From the IMG/VR virus record IMGVR_UViG_3300000255_000001: a stretch of 64,000 bases of DNA, one strand, 5' to 3'. Of this stretch, positions 38,023-46,285 are shown piece after piece. The notes below the pieces were generated by a model. It saw only the letters and a list, made by a program, of their open reading frames with translations. It had not been told where the DNA came from and searched no databases. Position 1 is the stretch's first letter, and each line of letters starts with the position of its first letter. The stretch comes from an uncultured virus (IMG/VR IMGVR_UViG_3300000255_000001). Lineage: Duplodnaviria; Heunggongvirae; Uroviricota; Caudoviricetes. The translations under genes and the position numbers were made by a program.

Positions 38023-38176
38023 CTTATTTGATAAGTACGATGTAGTGGCTGATATGGTTGTTGTGTTTGGTGCTGACAAAGTGCTAGAAGCAATGGCCCA
38101 TTATTTCAGTGAAAAAGAAATCGACGAGTTGCATAGTTTTATATGCGATGAGTTCAATAAGAACCTTATGGGGTAA
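38015..38176 (+). CDS. 53-aa hypothetical protein
   Basis: MNDLFDKYDVVADM...NLMG* fills the intergenic gap. Confidence 0.55.
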   Translation: MNDLFDKYDVVADMVVVFGADKVLEAMAHYFSEKEIDELHSFICDEFNKNLMG

Positions 38177-38179
38177 GTT

Positions 38180-38689
38180 ATGATTATAACCACAAATGGT
38201 TATAACACACAAAGTAAAAGGTTTAGAACTTTGTTAGAGGATTCCGCAGAGTTTTATGCCCAGAAGATGATGAGGTCTGACTTATGTAGAAACATACATT
38301 TGGATATCGTCGTAACGAAGGATTTAGCGAAAAAAGAAGGAGTAACGCAGATATATGGTTATTGCCATATATCAGATTATAGATTATCTCGTCCACGTGA
38401 ATTTGAAATTGAGCTAGATGCTAAAAAGCGTGTAACGAAAATGTTGCTAACATTAGCACATGAAATGACACATTTGAAGCAGTTTGCAAGGCTACAATTG
38501 CGAAATTATGATAATGGTAGCACAAAGTGGAAAGGTGAAACAGTTGGTCGTAAGAGGGAAAAGAAAATAGGTCATCGCCAACTTCCATGGGAAGTTGAGG
38601 CCTATAAGAAAGAGAAGGAATTATTTCTAGATTTGGTAAATAATACTGACATACTAGACGATTATATGGATGGAATTAAGAGAAATTGA
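38180..38689 (+). CDS. zinc metallopeptidase-like protein
   Basis: TLAHEMTHLKQ (HExxH), PWEVEA. Confidence 0.8.
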   Translation: MIITTNGYNTQSKRFRTLLEDSAEFYAQKMMRSDLCRNIHLDIVVTKDLAKKEGVTQIYGYCHISDYRLSRPREFEIELDAKKRVTKMLLTLAHEMTHLKQFARLQLRNYDNGSTKWKGETVGRKREKKIGHRQLPWEVEAYKKEKELFLDLVNNTDILDDYMDGIKRN

Positions 38690-38921
38690 TTTAGAATATC
38701 TCTTTATGTTAAATCGACAACAACAGGCAGAACAACTTTTTAATAAGTGGTGGTTATGCAAAATAAACGACAAATACTTTGCTGGGCAGTTTGACTATCC
38801 TAGTGGTCCATGGGGCGGTGGCGGTGGTGTAATCCACTTTAATCCAGTGCCATGGAATCCAAGTGGTCATACTTTTACGGTAATGACAGGTTGGCAAGGT
38901 CTTTGGGAAATACTCAACTAA
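38670..38921 (+). CDS. hypothetical protein
   Basis: ORF track; operon context. Confidence 0.5.
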   Translation: MELREIDLEYLFMLNRQQQAEQLFNKWWLCKINDKYFAGQFDYPSGPWGGGGGVIHFNPVPWNPSGHTFTVMTGWQGLWEILN

Positions 38922-38940
38922 TAACAAGAGACTAAAAAAA

Positions 38941-39891
38941 ATGAAACTTATTTCAGGTAACTCGAACCTGGAGTTGGCAAAACGAATATCCCAGTTTGCC
39001 GGTGTACCGCTAGTTAAGGCAAACATAGGGAGGTTTGCCGACGGCGAGGTTAGAGCAGAAATTCACGAAAACATCAGAGGTAAAGACGCATTCGTAATAC
39101 AAAGTACTAGCACCCCAGTTAATGATAATGTAATGGAATTATTAGTTATGATTGACGCGCTCAAAAGAGCAAGTGCAAGGCGCATAACAGCAGTAATGCC
39201 ATATTTTGGTTACGCGAGGCAAGACAGAAAAACAATGAGTAGAGCACCAATTAGTGCAAAACTCATGGCAGATTTAATAACAACGGCAGGCGCAGATCGT
39301 GTATTAACACTCGATCTACACGCAGGTCAAATCCAAGGATTTTTTAATATCCCAGTAGACACTTTGATAGCACGACCTATCCTAGTCAATGATTTGCGGA
39401 AAAGAATAGATACAGAGAATCTTGTATTTGTCAGTCCAGACGCTGGCGGTACAGAACGAGCAAGAAGTTATGCTAAGAAGTTTGATACAGAGATTGCTGT
39501 AATCGATAAAAGACGCCCAGAACCGGGCGCAAGTGAGGTTATGAATGTTGTTGGTGACGTTAAGGATAAACAATGTATTATTGTTGACGACATCATAGAC
39601 AGTGGAGGCACTCTAGCCAACGCGGCCACGGCTTTGTTGGAACAAGGTGCTATTAAAGTAAGAGCATATATTACGCACGGAGTACTGACGCCTAAGGCAG
39701 ATGAAAAAATTGGTAATAGCGATTTAACTGAATTGATAGTAACAGATTCCATTAAAATTAGTAGGGAATCTAGTATAGCCCAACTCAGGTATGTAACAAT
39801 TGCTCCACTAATTGGACGAGCGATAGTAAATGTTCATAATGAAGAAAGTGTAAGTAATCTACTTATAGAGGATAATTGGGATATATTATGA
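38941..39891 (+). CDS. prs: ribose-phosphate pyrophosphokinase
   Basis: FADGE, PYFGYARQDRK, DLHAGQIQGFF, SPDAGG, IVDDIIDSGGT. Confidence 0.97.
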   Translation: MKLISGNSNLELAKRISQFAGVPLVKANIGRFADGEVRAEIHENIRGKDAFVIQSTSTPVNDNVMELLVMIDALKRASARRITAVMPYFGYARQDRKTMSRAPISAKLMADLITTAGADRVLTLDLHAGQIQGFFNIPVDTLIARPILVNDLRKRIDTENLVFVSPDAGGTERARSYAKKFDTEIAVIDKRRPEPGASEVMNVVGDVKDKQCIIVDDIIDSGGTLANAATALLEQGAIKVRAYITHGVLTPKADEKIGNSDLTELIVTDSIKISRESSIAQLRYVTIAPLIGRAIVNVHNEESVSNLLIEDNWDIL

Positions 39892-40355
39892 AGAAGTATC
39901 AAAAATTCCTAGCGATAGGTTTGGCGTCAATATCATTGATAGGCTGTGCCAATATGACTCGCGAAGAGTCAGGAAATATGATAGGTGCATTGCTGGGCGG
40001 CGCATTAGCATATGAACTTGCCGGAGACAGTTCAAATAAAGAAATTTGGGTTGCGACTGGTTTAATTGGTGGTGCTCTTGCAGGAGGCCATTATGCTGTA
40101 TTGACGCAGAAAGGCCAACTTATGCATCAATCTGCGATTCATTCCAACTTGGAAACTGCTCAAGATAATTCAACAACGTCTTGGAACAATCCTAACAACA
40201 ATGAGCATGGCTCAGTTACCGTTAGAAATACTAACGTGAGCAATGGAACTCCTTGTAGGGAATTTACCCAAACAATTTATGTTGGTGGTAAAGCAGTCGA
40301 AGGATATGGCACCGCTTGTAGAATGGCAGATGGGAGTTGGAAAATCATACAATAA
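39888..40355 (+). CDS. 17-kDa surface-antigen-like glycine-zipper lipoprotein
   Basis: Lipobox LIGC, glycine zipper, WNNP, CREFTQ...GTACRMADGSWKI. Confidence 0.85.
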   Translation: MKKYQKFLAIGLASISLIGCANMTREESGNMIGALLGGALAYELAGDSSNKEIWVATGLIGGALAGGHYAVLTQKGQLMHQSAIHSNLETAQDNSTTSWNNPNNNEHGSVTVRNTNVSNGTPCREFTQTIYVGGKAVEGYGTACRMADGSWKIIQ

Positions 40356-40363
40356 TTAACAAC

Positions 40364-40438
40364 GCACCGGTCGTCTAATGGTTAGGACATCGGCCTTTCA
40401 CGCCGACAACCGGGGTTCGATCCCCCGTCGGTGTACCA
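40364..40438 (+). tRNA. tRNA-Glu(TTC)
   Basis: Cloverleaf; CCA. Confidence 0.95.
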
Positions 40439-40454
40439 AAGAGGAAATAAAATA

Positions 40455-40724
40455 ATGGCAGATATATATCAAAAAGTAGAAAGAAGCACACAAAGTCTTG
40501 CAATGAAAATTGCTAATGCTGGTAAAGCAAGATTAAAGGGCATGGCTCGTCAATTGTATCTTGAAGGGTTCGCCAGTTTAAAAAACTGCGAAAAAGTTGC
40601 TCAGAATGGTAATCAAGGCAGAGGATTTTATATTGCTAAAGTAGTAAACAAGGAATTTGCTGAGAAAGAAAAAGAGAACGAAAAGAAGAAGCGAAATAAG
40701 GGCAAGAAAACACAGAGCAAATAA
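40455..40724 (+). CDS. basic hypothetical protein within the tRNA cluster
   Basis: GAGG RBS; Lys-rich tail. Confidence 0.6.
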   Translation: MADIYQKVERSTQSLAMKIANAGKARLKGMARQLYLEGFASLKNCEKVAQNGNQGRGFYIAKVVNKEFAEKEKENEKKKRNKGKKTQSK

Positions 40725-40727
40725 TCT

Positions 40728-40805
40728 CTCGGTGTAGGAAAGTCTGGTTAATCCGCTTCGTTTGGGACGAAGAAATCGCTGGTTCAACTCCAGCCACCGA
40801 GACCA
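40728..40805 (+). tRNA. tRNA-Pro(TGG)
   Basis: Cloverleaf; CCA. Confidence 0.92.
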
Positions 40806-40810
40806 TATTG

Positions 40811-40894
40811 GGACAGGCTGAACAATGGTGAGTTCACCGGATTGTAAATCCGACGCCTCAGGCTGTGCTGGTTCGAGCCCAGCCCTGTCCACCA
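40811..40894 (+). tRNA. tRNA-Tyr(GTA)
   Basis: Cloverleaf with long variable arm; CCA. Confidence 0.92.
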
Positions 40895-40897
40895 AAT

Positions 40898-40971
40898 TGG
40901 GACATAGTGTAACGGTAGCACTACAGATTTTGATTCTGTCAGTTGGGGTTCGAATCCCTGTGTCCCAGCCA
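40898..40971 (+). tRNA. tRNA-Gln(TTG)
   Basis: Cloverleaf; CCA. Confidence 0.92.
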
Positions 40972-40972
40972 T

Positions 40973-41048
40973 GGGCCTGTAACTCAGCGGTGAGAGTGCC
41001 GGTCTTATATGCCGGTGGTCGATGGTTCGAATCCATCCAGGCCCACCA
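40973..41048 (+). tRNA. tRNA-Ile(TAT)
   Basis: CCGGT-ct-TAT-at-GCCGG anticodon arm; CCA. Confidence 0.9.
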
Positions 41049-41053
41049 AAATA

Positions 41054-41090
41054 GGTTAGTTCTGATAAATAGTCCGAGGGAGGACTAACT
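41054..41090 (+). promoter_or_regulatory. RBS-sequestering hairpin with a late promoter in its loop
   Basis: GGTTAGTTCT/AGGACTAACT 10-bp stem; TAAATA at 41066; GGAGG overlaps the 3' arm. Confidence 0.7.
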
Positions 41091-41091
41091 A

Positions 41092-41571
41092 ATGATAGGA
41101 ACATGTAAAGTTTGTAGTAAAGAGTTTAAATATTTCCCTAGTCAATCTAAAGGACAATATTGCTCAAATAAGTGCCAAGGTGCGTTAAGGGCAGAAGTTA
41201 CTAAAGCGAAGTGGCGTGTCCATTACGAAGAAGGTGCTGATATAGGGAGACCGAGACAGCGTCAGATGTTAACAGAAGATCATGGGTATAATTGTAGTGT
41301 ATGTAAGTTAAGTGAATGGCAAGATAAGCCTATTACATTACAAGTAGATCATATAGATGGTAATGCTGATAACAACGATAAGAAAAATTTACGACTTATA
41401 TGTCCAAATTGCCATAGCCAAACAGATACATTTGCTGGAGGTAATAGAGGACAAGGTCGTTGGAGTAAGGGTTTGAAAGACAGATACAAAGGACAATCTT
41501 TTACGCATGGTAAGATCCGGGTCCGGCCGGGATCCTTCGGGAACAAGAATGGCTCCCTCTCCACCAAATAA
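41092..41571 (+). mobile_element. HNH endonuclease inserted in the tRNA cluster
   Basis: CKVC..CSNKC; CSVC; LQVDHIDG...NL..ICPNCHSQT. Confidence 0.9.
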
Positions 41572-41581
41572 ATAATATTAC

Positions 41582-41655
41582 GCCTCTATAGTTAAACGGT
41601 ATAACAATACCCTTGTAAGGTTTAGTTGTTGGTTCGATTCCATCTAGAGGCTCCA
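41582..41655 (+). tRNA. tRNA-Thr(TGT)
   Basis: Cloverleaf with one anticodon-stem mismatch; CCA. Confidence 0.85.
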
Positions 41656-41664
41656 ATTTTTTAT

Positions 41665-41738
41665 GGGGGATTGGTGAAATGGGATCACGTGGCCTTTGCA
41701 AGGCTAAATTAAGAGTTCGACTCTCTTATTCTCCACCA
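41665..41738 (+). tRNA. tRNA-Ala(TGC)
   Basis: G3:U70 identity pair; CCA. Confidence 0.92.
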
Positions 41739-41741
41739 GAT

Positions 41742-41816
41742 GGGCCCTTAATTCAGCGGTAGAATGCTGTCTTTACATGGCAGAAGTCGGAAGTTCGAAT
41801 CTTCCAGGGCCCACCA
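41742..41816 (+). tRNA. tRNA-Val(TAC)
   Basis: Cloverleaf; CCA. Confidence 0.92.
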
Positions 41817-41821
41817 AATTC

Positions 41822-41897
41822 GGTCCCATGGTGTAATTGGTTAACACGCTAGCCTGTCACGCTGGTATTAGGGGTTCGAGTCCCCTTGGGACCGCCA
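41822..41897 (+). tRNA. tRNA-Asp(GTC)
   Basis: Cloverleaf; CCA. Confidence 0.93.
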
Positions 41898-41901
41898 ATT
41901 T

Positions 41902-41976
41902 TCCCTAGAGCGCGCAAGGTGTGCGAGGTGACTGTTAATCACTTGTGGGTTGGTTCGATTCCAACCTAGGGAGCCA
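41902..41976 (+). tRNA. tRNA-Asn(GTT)
   Basis: Cloverleaf; CCA. Confidence 0.88.
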
Positions 41977-41979
41977 AAT

Positions 41980-42054
41980 GCGGGTGTAGCTCAGCGGTAG
42001 AGCCTCTCGTTGCCAACGAGAATGTCGTCAGTTCGAATCCCACCCTCTCCGCCA
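41980..42054 (+). pseudogene. chimeric tRNA: Gly(GCC) 5' part joined to a Ser-type 3' end
   Basis: GCGGGTG...GCC anticodon...GTCAG TTCGAAT then CCCAC CCTCTCC GCCA; acceptor and T stems do not pair. Confidence 0.8.
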
Positions 42055-42065
42055 TAAATATTGAT

Positions 42066-43058
42066 ATGAGTTATTCTACAATTATAAAATATATTCCTGA
42101 AGAATATACACAATATCTTATTCAATATCACAAAGAAAATAAACATAATTATGATATCTTTGATTGGGAAGAAGATGACCTTTTTTTACAGATGTGGGGA
42201 TTAACTGAAAAAAGTAAAATATCTGGCCGTAGTAAAATATCTGGCCGTTACGGTGCTACAAATTGGCAATCCAATCATGCTATGGATGATCCACTAGCAC
42301 GCTCATCAGCCGGTGTCTTATCAATTGGAAGCATCATTTGGACGTTCGTGCGGCGGATTACGTCACCAATTCCTACAAGAAAAGGTGAGGTATATGACAA
42401 ATGCGAGATTGAAATGAATCTAATAGTAAAGAAAATTTTAGATTTATTTAACGTAGAATATACTGAATTTGAAGCATTTATTAAAACTTCTTATTTACCA
42501 ATTTCTTTACACGTTGATGCGAATCGTTATGAAGGGCCCACTACTTCACATAATAATTGGGATGGTAAAGTACCTTCTCAGCGTCAGGATGGAAGTGATT
42601 CAAAACAAGGAATATCTATTATAATACCACTAACATTTAATAAAGATATCCATACTATAATATTTAAAAATATCGCAGAAGATAATGATTATGTTCAAGA
42701 TTTTCAAGATGTAGTTTCTGGTCTTTATGAAGAACCCAATCCCAAAGAGCACCAAGCGTTGACGCGAGCCATTGGCGGGCCTGATAGAGCCAATCTTCCA
42801 ATATATGAACATAATTTAGATTATAGAGATTATATTCCCAATATTTGGAATAAACAAATGATTGAATTTTATCTAGATCCAGAAAATAAACCATATGCTA
42901 GGGGTGATCAGATATTAGATTATCTTGAAGTAGATGAGATAATCCCGTGGGAGAAAAATGTTGCTTGTATGTTTGATAAACAAAAAATGCATATGAGTAA
43001 TAATTTTAAAAAACTTGGTATAGAAAGTAAAGATTTTCTTTTAATACATACACACTAA
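42066..43058 (+). CDS. putative 2OG-Fe(II) oxygenase-like protein
   Basis: LHVD, IIIPL, FDxxKMHMS; TAAATA-N5-ATG. Confidence 0.5.
   Translation: MSYSTIIKYIPEEYTQYLIQYHKENKHNYDIFDWEEDDLFLQMWGLTEKSKISGRSKISGRYGATNWQSNHAMDDPLARSSAGVLSIGSIIWTFVRRITSPIPTRKGEVYDKCEIEMNLIVKKILDLFNVEYTEFEAFIKTSYLPISLHVDANRYEGPTTSHNNWDGKVPSQRQDGSDSKQGISIIIPLTFNKDIHTIIFKNIAEDNDYVQDFQDVVSGLYEEPNPKEHQALTRAIGGPDRANLPIYEHNLDYRDYIPNIWNKQMIEFYLDPENKPYARGDQILDYLEVDEIIPWEKNVACMFDKQKMHMSNNFKKLGIESKDFLLIHTH
42213..42248 (+). repeat. 18-bp in-frame tandem duplication
   Basis: AGTAAAATATCTGGCCGT x2 (SKISGR SKISGR). Confidence 0.95.
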
Positions 43059-43750
43059 TGGATTCAAAAATACAAGAGTTTTACTTACAGCACAAAGATA
43101 AAGTATGGAATTATGAACGAATTCCAGACAATAAAACTCCTAGGCATTGGGCAACTTGGGAAAGCAAATATCCGTGGTTAAAACTTATGATAGATGCTCC
43201 GTTTAAGGAAATGCTTGAAGAAGCCAAAAATATAAAGCATTTATTTGTTGAGCATAGAACAGATTATTCACAAGGATGGAAAAGTGTATGCATTCATGGC
43301 ATTGGTGATCATGTTACATCTATACCTGAAGATCATGGATTTAGCAAAGATGCAAAAAGAGATTGGACCAATGCCTCTGTAGAATGCCCAATTACAACGA
43401 ATTATTTTAAAAATGAATATCCAATTAATGTTTATGATAGAATTAGATTTATGTTAATTGAACCAGGTGGGTATATTGATGTTCATGTTGATGGAAGTAG
43501 AGATGATAATCCTAGTCGTGCTGTTAATATGAGTCTTAATAATCCTGATAAGTGTTTTTTAATAACTGAAAATGGAATAGTTCCTTACGATAATAATGGT
43601 AGCGTTTTTTATTTTAATATTGCTTATGAGCATGGGGTAATAAATAATAGCAATAAAGATAGATATCATATTATTGTACATGGTGCTGAAACAGTAGAGT
43701 TTGAAGATATTGTATTAAAAAGTTATGAAGATCAAGTTATTAATCGATAA
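43058..43750 (+). CDS. aspartyl/asparaginyl beta-hydroxylase-like 2OG-Fe(II) oxygenase
   Basis: RIRFMLIEPGGYIDVHVD...HGVINNSNKDRYHIIVHG. Confidence 0.85.
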   Translation: MDSKIQEFYLQHKDKVWNYERIPDNKTPRHWATWESKYPWLKLMIDAPFKEMLEEAKNIKHLFVEHRTDYSQGWKSVCIHGIGDHVTSIPEDHGFSKDAKRDWTNASVECPITTNYFKNEYPINVYDRIRFMLIEPGGYIDVHVDGSRDDNPSRAVNMSLNNPDKCFLITENGIVPYDNNGSVFYFNIAYEHGVINNSNKDRYHIIVHGAETVEFEDIVLKSYEDQVINR

Positions 43751-44921
43751 AATAAATGATAAAAACTGCTCTAAAATTGCACAAAGATTGTATGAGTTTA
43801 CAAGATTCTGTGGCCAAGGATTTTTTGAGGATGATTTTAGTCATGATTATTATGATCATGATGCAAGCCTCGACATTGAAAATTACGATTATATTTTTGT
43901 AATTAAAGCAGGGCATTTGTTTTGGGATAGATTAATTTTTGATCAATGTTTAGAAGAAAAGATAACAAAACTTTCTAATGAACCTGTGGTTGGAGATGAG
44001 AATTGGTTTTTAATTGATTGTAAAAAGATTAATACAAAAATATTCAATAAGGCCTTGAGGAGCGAGCGGGCCCGCTCACTCCTTAAAGAAGAATATAATA
44101 TTAAGCCGTTTAGTGACTCTATAAACGAACAAATAATATTTTCATTTCCAGAAACAATGTATCCTTACATCGAAGAATTAATGTTAGATCTCAAAAGTAA
44201 TGTTCCTGATAAATTAAAACCTTTTGCGGATGAATTGAAGATGTCAGCTAGAACTTTAGAAAGATGTTATTATATTCTAAACACAGAACATGTTAATATA
44301 ACCAAAACCTTTGAAAATAAATTTGATAATTATATTGGAGTCTGTGGTGGGTTAAAGACATATATTTTATTAGGACAAGAGTATTTTAGTGAAAATACCA
44401 ATGTTTTAATGTTTGATATAAGTCCCGCGGCGATTAGATGGCAACAATTTCTTAAAGAAACTTGGAATGGTGAGGTGGAACATTTATCATCAATAGCACA
44501 ACTGTTTAAAGAAGAGGTGTATAAGTTGGGTTTACCTTTTAATCCTATCGGTCGTCGAGCTGATGGAAGAATGACCAAGAGCGAGCGTGCTCATCATCTT
44601 AATATCGACTTATGTAACTATTTAGAAGATAATAACATTGATTCTCAGCAACTAAAACACAACTGGAAACGTTTTCATAATATGAATGTTACTTATGAAC
44701 AAGTAGATCTTTTTAATACTGCGGATGTCGATAAATTAATTCAACATACGAAACTTGGAACTAATACTTATTTTTGGCTCAGTAATTGTTTTCAAATGGA
44801 TAGACTTATATTTAAATATGGTACAAAGTGGACTTGGGATTCAGAAGCTTCTTTTAAAAAAGACTTTAGAAGTAAATCATATACACCTTGTACTTTTGAT
44901 GTTGATGATGAAATAACCTAA
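43725..44921 (+). CDS. hypothetical protein (possible degenerate methyltransferase fold)
   Basis: YYILNTE, GVCGGLK, MFDISPAA, FWLSN. Confidence 0.6.
   Translation: MKIKLLIDKINDKNCSKIAQRLYEFTRFCGQGFFEDDFSHDYYDHDASLDIENYDYIFVIKAGHLFWDRLIFDQCLEEKITKLSNEPVVGDENWFLIDCKKINTKIFNKALRSERARSLLKEEYNIKPFSDSINEQIIFSFPETMYPYIEELMLDLKSNVPDKLKPFADELKMSARTLERCYYILNTEHVNITKTFENKFDNYIGVCGGLKTYILLGQEYFSENTNVLMFDISPAAIRWQQFLKETWNGEVEHLSSIAQLFKEEVYKLGLPFNPIGRRADGRMTKSERAHHLNIDLCNYLEDNNIDSQQLKHNWKRFHNMNVTYEQVDLFNTADVDKLIQHTKLGTNTYFWLSNCFQMDRLIFKYGTKWTWDSEASFKKDFRSKSYTPCTFDVDDEIT
44055..44086. repeat. 32-bp GC-rich loopless palindrome inside a CDS
   Basis: TTGAGGAGCGAGCGGG|CCCGCTCACTCCTTAA; 14 of 16 positions Watson-Crick paired. 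Confidence 0.9.
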
Positions 44922-44938
44922 TCATAATAAATATTGCT

Positions 44939-45091
44939 ATGAAAATAGTTGAGTTAATGGAAGCAGTTGGTATAGGACGCGGCTTAATGGAACTAATTAC
45001 TACTGGTGAGTACCAAACTATCAATTTATCGTGCTTCAACCCCACTCGAGTGTTAAATAAAGAAAAGCGGTTAGAACCTTACGTTATTTAA
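44939..45091 (+). CDS. 50-aa peptide with internal-protein-like N-terminus
   Basis: MKIVELME|AVG; TAAATA-N5-ATG. Confidence 0.5.
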   Translation: MKIVELMEAVGIGRGLMELITTGEYQTINLSCFNPTRVLNKEKRLEPYVI

Positions 45092-45105
45092 ATTGGAGCG
45101 AAATA

Positions 45106-45555
45106 ATGCCTAGACTATACTGGCGCCAGAATAATTTTCTTGAGCGTCTAGAGCCTATGGATATGTGGCCACCGGGAACAAAGTGTGAAGACGATCCTGT
45201 TAGGCCAAATATAGGAGAAAGAGATAGATTTTTATATGGCAGAGAGGTATATGCTCTGTGGACACATGCCATTTGTTGTGTAGCATTTTGTGATGAAGTG
45301 CCAAGAACAGAAAAGCAATTAACAACTATGGCGGGATTAGACATAGCAGTTTTTTATACTGTGTGGAGTTACAGAAAAGGTAAAGGTAGTGAAATTTTAA
45401 ATTTACTATTACCATATTTTCAAGAGAAAAAACCTTGGGTTAAAAGATTTGTAACATTATCTCCCAAAACAGAAATGGCACACAATTTCCATATTAAAAA
45501 TGGTGCGGAAGAATTTCGTAGAAATAAACTAACCGTAAATTACGAATACAAATAA
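45106..45555 (+). CDS. phage protein, GNAT-like
   Basis: DDPVRP, FYTVWSY.KGKG, RFVTLSPKTEMA..FH.KNGA. Confidence 0.7.
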   Translation: MPRLYWRQNNFLERLEPMDMWPPGTKCEDDPVRPNIGERDRFLYGREVYALWTHAICCVAFCDEVPRTEKQLTTMAGLDIAVFYTVWSYRKGKGSEILNLLLPYFQEKKPWVKRFVTLSPKTEMAHNFHIKNGAEEFRRNKLTVNYEYK

Positions 45556-45556
45556 T

Positions 45557-45641
45557 GCCCGCGTGGTGAAATTGGAATACACGATTGTTTTAGGGGCAAT
45601 TGCCGCAAGGCGTGCTGGTTCGAGTCCAGCCGCGGGCACCA
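45557..45641 (+). tRNA. tRNA-Leu(TAG)
   Basis: Cloverleaf with long variable arm; CCA. Confidence 0.92.
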
Positions 45642-45646
45642 AAAAT

Positions 45647-45738
45647 GGTGGGTTGGCAGAGCCCGGTTGAATGCACCAGACTTGAAATCTGGCATACGTG
45701 TAAGCGTATCGAAGGTTCGAATCCTTCACCCACCGCCA
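45647..45738 (+). tRNA. tRNA-Ser(TGA)
   Basis: Cloverleaf with long variable arm, G73; CCA. Confidence 0.95.
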
Positions 45739-45772
45739 ACTTAATCAATAAATATTTTTAGAGGATCAAATT

Positions 45773-46285
45773 ATGAATGAAGATACATTATATAGCTCAA
45801 ATTGGGACAATATGTGGGACTGCCGAACTGCTTCTGGTGAAAAATTTAATTTACAAGAAGAATGTGAAGGTAAAGTTCTATTAGTAGTAAACACAGCAAG
45901 TGAATGTGGTTGGACACGACATTATGAACCCTTACAAACACTTTATGAAGAATTGAAAGAGAAAGGATTAATAGTTGTTGCTTTTCCATGTAATCAATTT
46001 GGAGAACAAGAACCTGGTACAGATGAGGAAATTTTAGAATTTTGTCAAACAAAATACAACGTAACTTTTCCTGTAATGCAAAAAGGTGATGTTGAAGGAG
46101 ATAACTGTCAACCACTTTATCAATGGCTTATAAGTGATCATGGTGAAGGGAAAAGTTGGATTGGCTGGAATTTTCATAAATTTTTAATTGACCGAACAGG
46201 CAATGTTGTCGGTAATTGGGAAATGGAAGAAGAAATGGAACCAGTTATAGAAGCGGTTCAGTCATGCCTGCAGAAATCAAATTAG
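45773..46285 (+). CDS. glutathione peroxidase (Cys type)
   Basis: VNTASECG, FPCNQFGEQEPG, WNFHKFLIDR. Confidence 0.95.
   Translation: MNEDTLYSSNWDNMWDCRTASGEKFNLQEECEGKVLLVVNTASECGWTRHYEPLQTLYEELKEKGLIVVAFPCNQFGEQEPGTDEEILEFCQTKYNVTFPVMQKGDVEGDNCQPLYQWLISDHGEGKSWIGWNFHKFLIDRTGNVVGNWEMEEEMEPVIEAVQSCLQKSN

Noticed and set aside
38941..39891. NARP1 NAD+ reconstitution pathway
   Set aside because: The Prs looks canonical and no nicotinamide phosphoribosyltransferase-like partner is in the window.
40578..41104. Track ORFs over tRNA genes (also 36762..37226, 41501..41701, 45529..45729)
   Set aside because: Shadow ORFs of GC-rich tRNA sequence.
41509..41566. tmRNA or tRNA-Sec at the end of the HNH gene
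   Set aside because: No T-loop consensus, matching acceptor 5' strand or tag reading frame was found.
36804..45738. tRNAs with anticodons TAA, TAG and TGA as possible suppressors or tRNA-Sec
   Set aside because: These anticodons read UUA, CUA and UCA. Suppressors would need TTA, CTA or TCA, and the bodies are normal Leu/Ser.
45773..46285. Selenocysteine glutathione peroxidase
   Set aside because: The active-site codon is TGT (Cys).
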